Origin: Patescibacteria group bacterium | GTDB lineage: Bacteria > Patescibacteriota > Minisyncoccia > Phycocordibacterales > GWA1-40-21 | Assembly (NCBI GenBank): GCA_018968925.1 | Contig: JAGWZI010000002.1 | Location: 1-48,739 of the forward strand | Direction of reading: 5' to 3' | DNA: 48,739 bases | Part shown: piece after piece, positions 39,597 through 47,302 of the stretch | Layout of the letters: the number at the start of each line of letters is the position of its first letter | Position numbering within the stretch: the first letter of the stretch is position 1 | The notes under the pieces: model-generated | The model's input: only the letters and a program-made list of their open reading frames with translations | Databases searched by the model: none | What the model was told of the DNA's origin: nothing | Made by a program: the position numbers and the translations under genes

Positions 39597-39737
39597 GTTC
39601 TCGAAAACAGTTCTTTCAAACCCATGGGTGAAATGTTCACCAACCCGGGTCAATGTCCAGGGAACGAATACCCCGGACGCATGTACACATACCGCCCCTT
39701 GCATACTTCACAGTTGCAACCGGGCGGTTTTTTCTTG
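39597..39737 (+). ncRNA. Candidate structured small RNA (family unknown)
   Basis: Promoter, several hairpins and a terminal stem plus T-tract; no SD-led ORF. Confidence 0.35.
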
Positions 39738-39741
39738 CATG

Positions 39742-39772
39742 AAAAATCCCGAGATGCTTCTCGGGATTTTTT
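39742..39772. terminator. Terminator after rpsI (bidirectional)
   Basis: aaaaatcccgaga-tgct-tctcgggattttt. Confidence 0.75.
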
Positions 39773-39781
39773 GATTCCGGT

Positions 39782-40204
39782 TTAGCGCTTCGACCACTGC
39801 GGGGCCTTGCGCGCTTTCTTGAGGCCGAACTTGCGGCGCTCCTTGGCGCGGGCGTCGCGCTTCAAATAGCCTTCCTTTTTCAAATCTTTGCGGAGTGCCG
39901 GGTCGATCATGGTGAGAACGCGGGCGATCGCATGGCGAAGCGCCTCGGCCTGCGAATTGATGCCGCCGCCCGTGATGACCGCGGTGATGGCAAGATCGTT
40001 TCCCTTGCCCGATTTCGCGAGCGATTCGAGCGCTTTGAGCTGTTGAGCTTCCACCTTGAAATAGTCGGCGATGCTCTTGCCGCCGTTCACCGAAACGGAG
40101 CCTTTTGCCGCCGCTGTCGCGCGGACGCGCGCGACGGAGGTCTTCCTGCGGCCGACCGCCTCGACATACTTCCCTTCCGATTTTTTTACCGTTGATTTGT
40201 CCAT
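39782..40204 (-). CDS. rpsI: 30S ribosomal protein S9
   Basis: GRRKTSVARV, GGG, ERRKFGLKKARKAPQWSKR. Confidence 0.97.
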   Translation of the reverse strand: MDKSTVKKSEGKYVEAVGRRKTSVARVRATAAAKGSVSVNGGKSIADYFKVEAQQLKALESLAKSGKGNDLAITAVITGGGINSQAEALRHAIARVLTMIDPALRKDLKKEGYLKRDARAKERRKFGLKKARKAPQWSKR

Positions 40205-40208
40205 ATGA

Positions 40209-40565
40209 TTATTCCTTGATAGTGACGTTCTTGACGATCCGGCTCTTCAATTTGTTGCGCGGCAACATGCCGGCGATCGCGAGACGCAAAATCTCCTTCT
40301 TGCCTTTCTTCTCGATGATCTGCTGCATGCTCTTCTCGTGCAAACCGCCCGGATAGCCAGAATAGCGCGCGTAGACGGTCGACAGGCGCGATTCCGGAAT
40401 GTCGAGCTTGCCGGCGTTCTCGATGACGATCTTCACATCGAACGCCTTGTTGCGGGCATAATCCGTGCGATTCTTGCCCATGAGGATGTATGCCGCGCGC
40501 GAGGCGATCCGGCCGAGCTTGCCGCCCGTCGCGTCGATCGTGAATGTGTTCTGTTTGTTTGCCAT
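40209..40565 (-). CDS. rplM: 50S ribosomal protein L13 (short)
   Basis: IDA...LGRIAS..A..LMGK, YSGYPGG, GMLPRNKL. Confidence 0.95.
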   Translation of the reverse strand: MANKQNTFTIDATGGKLGRIASRAAYILMGKNRTDYARNKAFDVKIVIENAGKLDIPESRLSTVYARYSGYPGGLHEKSMQQIIEKKGKKEILRLAIAGMLPRNKLKSRIVKNVTIKE

Positions 40566-40569
40566 AAAT

Positions 40570-40917
40570 TTATATGAATGCGATCTCGGCCATGCTGGCG
40601 CCGTCGGAGAGCCTCCGACCGAGCTTGACCACCCGCGTGTAGCCGCCCGCGCGGTCCTTGTACTTCGGCGAGATTTCCTTGACGACCTTGGCCGCCATGC
40701 GGGCCCCGACGGTCGACGCGATGAGGCGCTGCGCCGCAAGCGTGCCGGATTTGCCTTTCGTCACGAGTTTCTCCACGACGGAGCGGATCGCTTTCGCCTT
40801 CGTTTCGGTCGTTTTCATGTGACCGTCGCGGATGAGCGATACGGCAAGCGTCCGGACGAGCGCGTTGCGCACGTTCCTTTTCCTGCCGAATTGTTTGTTC
40901 TTGTTCCGGTGCAACAT
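40570..40917 (-). CDS. rplQ: 50S ribosomal protein L17
   Basis: TTETKAK, VEKLVT, R.GGYTRVVK. Confidence 0.96.
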   Translation of the reverse strand: MLHRNKNKQFGRKRNVRNALVRTLAVSLIRDGHMKTTETKAKAIRSVVEKLVTKGKSGTLAAQRLIASTVGARMAAKVVKEISPKYKDRAGGYTRVVKLGRRLSDGASMAEIAFI

Positions 40918-40921
40918 GGAA

Positions 40922-41875
40922 TTATTTGAGCGTGATGCCGTACGCGTCGAGCGCCTTCTTGATCTCCGCGATGCCCTTCGCGCCGAGACCCTCGATATCC
41001 GAAAGGTCCTTTTCTTTCTTCTTGGCAAGGCCGCCGAGCGTACGGATGTTCGCGTTCGAAAGCGCGTTCGCCGTCCGGACGGAAAGATCGAGCTCCTCGA
41101 TGCGCGTCTTGAGCGATTCGGCGTCGACTTCCTTGCCGTTCTCGGCTTCGGCTTTCGCTTCGGCCTTTTCCGCGACCGGTTCGGCGAAGCCGACGATGGC
41201 GCGGAGCTGTTCGATCATGGTCGCGATCGAACGTTCGAGCGCCTCTTTCGGCGTGATCGAACCGTCGGTCGAGATCGAAACGACGAGCTTGTTGAAATCC
41301 GTCCGGTCGCCGACGCGCATGTTCTCGACTTCATAATTGACGCGGCGGATCGGCGTGAAGATGGCGTCAAGCGCGATCGTGCCGATCTCGACCTTGTTCT
41401 TCTGGAACGCTTCCTTCGGAACGAAGCCGAGGCCTTTCTCGATATGCATTTCGATTACGAGTTCCGTCGCCTTGTCCGTGATGGTCGCGATGTGCTGGCC
41501 GGGATTCAGGATTTCCACCTGGCCCGGAGCCTTGATGTCCGCGGCCGTGACGTCTTTGACGCCTTTCACCTTGAGTTCGACGGTCTGCGGTTCGTCGCCC
41601 ACGATCTTGAAACGGACCTGCTTGAGATTGAGAATGACGCCGATGACGTCTTCCTTGACGCCTTTCAAGGTCGAGAATTCATGCTCGACGCCCGAGATCT
41701 TGACCGACGTGATGGCGACGCCTGGGATCGACGAGAGGATGATGCGGCGGAGCGAATTGCCGAGCGTGTGGCCGTAACCAGGATAGAGCCCTTCGATCTC
41801 GTAGGTGCCGGAATTCTCCTTTTCGGCGACGATCTTCGGTTTCGACGGGAGCACGATGCTGTACTTGTCGGACAT
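40922..41875 (-). CDS. rpoA: RNA polymerase alpha subunit
   Basis: GYGHTLGNSLRRIILSS, HEFST, LSVRTANAL, GLGAKG. Confidence 0.98.
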   Translation of the reverse strand: MSDKYSIVLPSKPKIVAEKENSGTYEIEGLYPGYGHTLGNSLRRIILSSIPGVAITSVKISGVEHEFSTLKGVKEDVIGVILNLKQVRFKIVGDEPQTVELKVKGVKDVTAADIKAPGQVEILNPGQHIATITDKATELVIEMHIEKGLGFVPKEAFQKNKVEIGTIALDAIFTPIRRVNYEVENMRVGDRTDFNKLVVSISTDGSITPKEALERSIATMIEQLRAIVGFAEPVAEKAEAKAEAENGKEVDAESLKTRIEELDLSVRTANALSNANIRTLGGLAKKKEKDLSDIEGLGAKGIAEIKKALDAYGITLK

Positions 41876-41911
41876 GGCGTTGTTATGATTAAAAATTGAT
41901 AAAGAAACCGA

Positions 41912-42517
41912 TTATTTGCTGTAATATTGGAATATCTGCGACAGGTCGAAGGCGAGCTCGTTCTGCGCGAGCTTCGGCACGCCCTGGACCTTCGCCGTTT
42001 TCTTTTCGGCGTCGAGCGAGAGCCACGACGGGACCTTCGTTTCCTTGAGCCGCTCGTCGAGGCCGTTGAACACGCCTTTCTTGGCGCTTCCCGGGCGCAC
42101 GGCGATCGTGTCGCCGACTTCGACGCGCGCGGACGGGATTGACTGGCGCTTGCCGTTCACGTCGATGTGACCGTGGCTCACCATCTGGCGCGCCGCCTGG
42201 CGCGTCGCGGCGAGACCGAGGCGGTAGACGGCGTTGTCGAGACGCATCTCGAGCGCGGCGACCAAAGCTTCGCCCAAGTTCGCCGGACGCTTCTCGATGA
42301 TCGTCTGGACGAGCGTCTTGAACTGGCGCTCGTTCACGCCGTAGGTAACCTTCGCCCGCTGTTTCTCGATCAGCTGGAGGCCGAAGTCCGATCCGGCTCG
42401 TTTGAATTTGCCGCCTGCTTTCGTATCCTGGCGCAAAGCGAATTTCTTGCCCTGCGTTTTGTCGAAGACCGAGGGGCCGAGCCTGCGCGCGATTTTGTAT
42501 CTTTTGCCGGTGATCAT
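41912..42517 (-). CDS. rpsD: 30S ribosomal protein S4
   Basis: QLIEKQ, LEMRLDNAVYRLG, ARQMVSHGH. Confidence 0.97.
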   Translation of the reverse strand: MITGKRYKIARRLGPSVFDKTQGKKFALRQDTKAGGKFKRAGSDFGLQLIEKQRAKVTYGVNERQFKTLVQTIIEKRPANLGEALVAALEMRLDNAVYRLGLAATRQAARQMVSHGHIDVNGKRQSIPSARVEVGDTIAVRPGSAKKGVFNGLDERLKETKVPSWLSLDAEKKTAKVQGVPKLAQNELAFDLSQIFQYYSK

Positions 42518-42532
42518 GGTGATGTATGAAAA

Positions 42533-42967
42533 TTAGACGCGGCGCGGTTTCTTCGGTTTCGGACCGTTGTGCGGGACCGGCGTCTCGTCCTTGATGGACG
42601 TGATGTTTGCGCCCGACTTGCCGATGAAACCGCGGATCGCCGACTCGCGACCAGAACCGACGCCTTTGACGACCACGTCGATCTCCTTCACGCCGAGGTC
42701 GAGCGCCTTCTCGCCGAGGACTTCGCCGACCTTCGCCGCCGCGAACGGCGTGCCTTTCTTCGCACCCTTGAAACCCATGGCGCCCGAGGACGACGCGAGC
42801 ATCGCATTGCCGGACTTGTCGGCAAGTAAGACCATCGTGTTGTTGTACGTCGACTGGACAAAGAGAATGCCCGACTCGAGGCGCTTCTTCGAGGCTTTCT
42901 TGGCGGAACCCGCCGCGGCACCTGCCGCTTTCGTGTCTTCGGTTGTCGCTACTCGTTTCTTACCCAT
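42533..42967 (-). CDS. rpsK: 30S ribosomal protein S11
   Basis: STYNNT, GFKGAKKGTPFAA, TPVPHNG. Confidence 0.97.
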   Translation of the reverse strand: MGKKRVATTEDTKAAGAAAGSAKKASKKRLESGILFVQSTYNNTMVLLADKSGNAMLASSSGAMGFKGAKKGTPFAAAKVGEVLGEKALDLGVKEIDVVVKGVGSGRESAIRGFIGKSGANITSIKDETPVPHNGPKPKKPRRV

Positions 42968-42988
42968 TGGTCGTGTGAATATTATGTT

Positions 42989-43369
42989 TTACTTCTTGTC
43001 CGCCGCCTTCCTGCCCGTGCCCATCGTCTTTCTCGTATTGCCGCGGAGCGTCCGGGAGTTCGTCTTCGTCCGCTGGCCGCGCGACGGGAGCTTCCTGATG
43101 TGCCGGATGCCGCGGTACGATTTGATGTCCTTGAGGCGCTTGATGTGCGCCGCGACCTCGCGCTTGAGATCGCCCTCGATCTTTCTCGATTCGACGATCT
43201 TCCTGATGCGTGCCTCTTCGTCGGCGGAAAGTTCCGTCGGCTTTTTGTCCGCATTCACCTTCGCCTGTTCAAGGATGATCCGGGCAAGGGGTAAGCCGAT
43301 GCCGTAGAGCACCGTAAGGCCGACCTTCAACCGCTTGTTGTCTGGAATTGTGATACCGACGATGCGCAT
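42989..43369 (-). CDS. rpsM: 30S ribosomal protein S13
   Basis: YGIG, EGDL, YRGIRH..LPSRGQRTKTN. Confidence 0.97.
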   Translation of the reverse strand: MRIVGITIPDNKRLKVGLTVLYGIGLPLARIILEQAKVNADKKPTELSADEEARIRKIVESRKIEGDLKREVAAHIKRLKDIKSYRGIRHIRKLPSRGQRTKTNSRTLRGNTRKTMGTGRKAADKK

Positions 43370-43422
43370 ACAAAATTCAGAAGCTTTACCTTAGCATTCT
43401 ATCCTTATAAAATCAAGGCCTT

Positions 43423-43539
43423 TTAGCCCTGCCGCTGTTTATGGCGCGGATTGCCCGTGCAGACGACATGCACCCGCCCTTTCCGGCGGACGATCCTGCA
43501 CTTGGCGCAGATTGTCTTGACTGATGCTTTGACTTTCAT
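43423..43539 (-). CDS. rpmJ: 50S ribosomal protein L36 (not in the ORF track)
   Basis: Hand translation [38 protein letters not shown]. Confidence 0.95.
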   Translation of the reverse strand: MKVKASVKTICAKCRIVRRKGRVHVVCTGNPRHKQRQG

Positions 43540-43550
43540 GTTTTCGTTGT

Positions 43551-43766
43551 TTAGAGCCTTCGCACGATCCTTCCTTTGCCGCCGTACTCGTCAAGCACCA
43601 CTTCCACCTTGTCGCCGATGAGGATCTTGATCCGGTGAAGGCGCATCTTGCCGGCGAGGTAGCAGAGGAGTTCCTGTCCGCTGTCCATGTTCACCTTGAA
43701 CAGAGCGTTCGGGAACGCTTCGAGCACCGTTCCGGTCTCGGTTTGCTTGGCTTTTGGTATTGTCAT
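43551..43766 (-). CDS. infA: Translation initiation factor IF-1
   Basis: [20 protein letters not shown]. Confidence 0.96.
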   Translation of the reverse strand: MTIPKAKQTETGTVLEAFPNALFKVNMDSGQELLCYLAGKMRLHRIKILIGDKVEVVLDEYGGKGRIVRRL

Positions 43767-43809
43767 GAACGACGCATCATCCTAACAAATTATAAAGGGA
43801 GAGTCAATG

Positions 43810-44688
43810 TTATCCGCCGCTATTTTCCCCTATCTGCCCCGGATCGGAAACGTTAATCTCCGCCTTGCCGCCATAGCTCGTGATCATACCGGTTACCGTG
43901 ATCGGCACATCCGTATATTCGGCGATGTTCTTGAATTTCTTGGCATCATCGGCAAATATGACGACCGAGAACGGACATGATTTGTAATTCGTGCAGTAAT
44001 CGAAAAAGACCGTGCCGCCCGATGATGTGTAGATATTCACCGGCACGCCGGAGACCGACGCCATTCTGCCGATATAATTTCCCGCTTCGGAAAAGGAAAT
44101 CGATACGGGCGGCGCGGCGGCGGAAGCCGCCGCGCCCGTGCTTGTCGCAGCATTTGCCGCGATGACCTTTTCGATGATGGCGAGATATTCCTGCCGCAAT
44201 GTTTCGTCCGTGCCGATCTCGAGGATCTCATCGTTCGCCACGGTCGCGCTCGAGGTCCAGTTGTAGCTGCCGATCGCGTACGCCTTGTCCGTGACGAGCG
44301 CCTTGATATGCATGATGCCGTCGGGATGCGTTTGCGTTTCGACCGGAATGCCGGCGGCGGAAAGCTCGGCAAGGATCGGCTTCTCATAATCCGTCGCCGC
44401 CTCGTCGCGGTCGGTGATGCCGCGCACGTCGATGCCGCGCGATTTCGCAGCGACAAGCGCGTCCGCAATGTTCTTTTTCGTGAAGGTATAGACGGCGAAA
44501 TAGGCAAACTGTTTCGCGCCGTCGATCAGTTTGATGATTTCCCGATCGTTCTCTCGCGCATCGAGGCTGTACAAAACCTTCGTCTCGCCCGCGAGATTTG
44601 CCGAATGCATCGATGCGACCGCAAAGCCCGCGCAAAAGAGCGCGGCCCCCGCCGCAACCGGTAACCATATTTTGTATGATGTACGCAT
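43810..44688 (-). CDS. Exported phospholipase D-fold (single HKD, Nuc-like) protein with C-terminal OB-like domain
   Basis: Signal/TM; HIKALVTD...GSYNWT; C-terminal V.G...F...FSVVIF...VTG.I..Y.GKAEI. Confidence 0.82.
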   Translation of the reverse strand: MRTSYKIWLPVAAGAALFCAGFAVASMHSANLAGETKVLYSLDARENDREIIKLIDGAKQFAYFAVYTFTKKNIADALVAAKSRGIDVRGITDRDEAATDYEKPILAELSAAGIPVETQTHPDGIMHIKALVTDKAYAIGSYNWTSSATVANDEILEIGTDETLRQEYLAIIEKVIAANAATSTGAAASAAAPPVSISFSEAGNYIGRMASVSGVPVNIYTSSGGTVFFDYCTNYKSCPFSVVIFADDAKKFKNIAEYTDVPITVTGMITSYGGKAEINVSDPGQIGENSGG

Positions 44689-46122
44689 TTACTGACCGCC
44701 CGTACCCCTTATGGTGTCGACGATCTGTATTTTATCAGCATTTTTCGGGAACGCGCCGGCCCACGGCGGCGTGATCTTGGCGGTCATGCCGGAAACGGCT
44801 GGTTTTTGTTCGTCGGCGACCGTCGCAAGAACGGATTTGTCCTGCCCCTGCAATTCGTCCTTTATTTTCTGCGCATCATATGACCAGACGATCTTGCCGC
44901 CGCCCGAGAATGTCGCCTTGAGCTGCCGCTCGAGCCAGGGCGTCGCGGTCATGCCGGAAACGGAAACGCTCATGTCCGGGTTCCAGATCGCATCGACGGA
45001 CGACGTGCCGTCGTAGTCGGAAAGTTTGTTGCGCGCGATGAACGAAGCGAGCGACGCATTGTCGAAGACGATCGCGTACATGGCCGCCGATTCGGAAACG
45101 ACATAGGTGGTCACATCGGGCGCATCCGGCAGATCGCCGTAGGAGATGAAATAATCGCCCTTGAAAAAAGTCTCACTGTTCCCCGCCGCCTGGTCGGAAA
45201 CCGTCTTCACAAGATTCGCCGCAAGCTGGTTTTTGAGTTCGTTCCGCGCCGCAGTGATGACGTCGCCCGAGGCGGTCTTCACCGTGCCGACGATCCCGCC
45301 CGCCGCATCGGCGGACAAGCGCGCATAAAAGCTCGAATACTCCGGCTTGCCTTGAAGGCCCGGAATGGTGAAATCGCCTTTCAGATCGGAAAGCTTCATA
45401 TTATAGTCGGCGCCCGGCGCATCGGCGATGATCGGCACTTCGACGCTGCCCGGCGTTTTCGTCCCGTTCACGGTGTGGATGCCGGGCACCGTTACGGACT
45501 GCGTGATGTGGTAGATGAGACCGGCCGACGTCTCGAGCCGCGTATTGATGACGAGCTTCTCCGACGCGGAGCTGTAGTTGTTGTAAATGATCGCCTTGCC
45601 GGTCGCTTTGCGCGCGACATTCTCCGTGCCGTTCGTCACGACCGGCTGGGACAGGGTGGTGGAAGCGGCGATGATCTGATAATGCAGACCGAGGCTTTCG
45701 GCGGTCGAGGTCGATGTCGTGATCATGTACAGGTCATTCAGCGCGACCGGTTCCGATTTCGGCGTGACCGTCACGGTCGCCGAGGCAAAAACGGACGAGA
45801 CGAAGAAAATGACGACGCCGACGACAATGATGCACAGCGCCCAGAGGAACATGCGGGAATTTCCCGACACTTTCTCTTCGGGATCTGCCGGATAACCGAC
45901 GGCGGAAAAGCTCCGGCGGCGTTCCTCGAAAATCTTCCTGAAATCCTGCCGCTTGGAAATGGCGGGGGTATCATTGTCATCGATTCTCTCTTCTTCATCA
46001 ACAGAGTCCCGGACCGGTTTCTGCACCGGTGTCGGCGCGACGGCCGGCCGGATGATGCCGCGTTCCGGACGGTCTGCCGGCTTTCCCTTCACGAAAATAT
46101 CCTGGATGAGTTTCTTCGCCAT
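44689..46122 (-). CDS. Single-pass membrane protein with large beta-rich extracellular region (baseplate-J-like segment suspected)
   Basis: Charged N-terminus, one TM, KATG...IYN...VPG...VEV...ADAPGADYN. Confidence 0.7.
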   Translation of the reverse strand: MAKKLIQDIFVKGKPADRPERGIIRPAVAPTPVQKPVRDSVDEEERIDDNDTPAISKRQDFRKIFEERRRSFSAVGYPADPEEKVSGNSRMFLWALCIIVVGVVIFFVSSVFASATVTVTPKSEPVALNDLYMITTSTSTAESLGLHYQIIAASTTLSQPVVTNGTENVARKATGKAIIYNNYSSASEKLVINTRLETSAGLIYHITQSVTVPGIHTVNGTKTPGSVEVPIIADAPGADYNMKLSDLKGDFTIPGLQGKPEYSSFYARLSADAAGGIVGTVKTASGDVITAARNELKNQLAANLVKTVSDQAAGNSETFFKGDYFISYGDLPDAPDVTTYVVSESAAMYAIVFDNASLASFIARNKLSDYDGTSSVDAIWNPDMSVSVSGMTATPWLERQLKATFSGGGKIVWSYDAQKIKDELQGQDKSVLATVADEQKPAVSGMTAKITPPWAGAFPKNADKIQIVDTIRGTGGQ

Positions 46123-46137
46123 TGTTTTGATTATACA

Positions 46138-47295
46138 TTATTTCGCGCGCAAACGCTCGCAGAACGCAATGTTCATCTTCACGTCAGGGTCGCCGGGAAA
46201 CGCCTGTGCGTTGCCGATGCGCGCGATGAACATATCGTCGCCGATCGTGACGACATCCGCCGGCCCGTCGCCCGCATGGAACGGATTCCCCTTCGCGCCG
46301 CTCATTTCCTCCGCGGCAAAATGCCCGATATCGGTTTTCGGCGCGATGAAAACGGTTTTCGGCGCTCCCGACGGGCACATCGCGGCGATGGTGCCGGCAA
46401 GTTCTTTTTCCCACGTTTCCACCGCCGCGTCGATCGGCGCTTCCATCTTCTTGCGCGACAAGGCTTCATAATTGCCGATGCGCCGGATGGCGACGGCGGA
46501 CGCGACCAATCCTTTCGGTCTTGCTGACTTGGTCGACGCGGATTCGATGATGCGCCGGGCGCCCGACGGGAATGAGGCCGTCGCGGCGACCGTTCCGCCG
46601 CGGACGGCAAGCACGTCGGTCACAAAATCGTTCATGTCGACATAGATGAAATCGCGGATCTCGGGATATGCGGCGCGGATGAAGGAATGCGCGGCGAGGA
46701 GGGCCGAGCCGCGCCGGGCGGCATGGGCCGGAAGCCGTCGTGCGAGCGCGACCGGAGCGAACGACACATACGTATCTATCTCGCAATTGACGGCCTGTTT
46801 GCCGATGATGTTCCCGACCGCATAGCCGTTCAGACGTGATTCGAGCACTTTTTCCTCGATGACCTGCCAGTCGCGAATGCCGGATCGGCGCGTAAGAATG
46901 TTCATCATGCTTGACTCCTCTCCGAGGAGCACCTTTTTCAAAAAGCCCGCGTCGATGGAAAACGGGCGGTCTTTGGCGACACGGATCGTCTTTGCCTGCG
47001 ACATCACCCACGGCGATCCGAAAAAGAAATACTGGGCACCGACATGTTCCCGCACCCCGGTTTCTGCAAGCATCCGCCGCGCATCGAGCGCCGCCTGGTC
47101 AACCGTCGCGAGCATCGCCGCGAGATGCTTGTCGTGGTCGTCCGGCGCGATGACCGGAATCGCGAAATCGCGGCACGAGAGCATGTCAGGCTTCTTCCCT
47201 TCCTCGAAGGCGACGGCTGCGACCGTGAGCCGCGCATCGCGGACGTCAAAGACGAGCGTAATTTCCCGTTTCGATTGTGAAGAAAAAAGACCCAT
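46138..47295 (-). CDS. Divergent actin-fold (FtsA/PilM-like) protein
   Basis: LVFDV and FIYVDM...VTD...SFPSG resemble degenerate phosphate-1/2 regions. Confidence 0.55.
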   Translation of the reverse strand: MGLFSSQSKREITLVFDVRDARLTVAAVAFEEGKKPDMLSCRDFAIPVIAPDDHDKHLAAMLATVDQAALDARRMLAETGVREHVGAQYFFFGSPWVMSQAKTIRVAKDRPFSIDAGFLKKVLLGEESSMMNILTRRSGIRDWQVIEEKVLESRLNGYAVGNIIGKQAVNCEIDTYVSFAPVALARRLPAHAARRGSALLAAHSFIRAAYPEIRDFIYVDMNDFVTDVLAVRGGTVAATASFPSGARRIIESASTKSARPKGLVASAVAIRRIGNYEALSRKKMEAPIDAAVETWEKELAGTIAAMCPSGAPKTVFIAPKTDIGHFAAEEMSGAKGNPFHAGDGPADVVTIGDDMFIARIGNAQAFPGDPDVKMNIAFCERLRAK

Positions 47296-47302
47296 ATGGG
47301 CC

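Noticed and set aside
39540..39785. 81-aa ORF in the grpE-rpsI gap
   Set aside because: Starts upstream of the predicted promoter and reads through two terminator hairpins; no SD; a shorter peptide cannot be excluded
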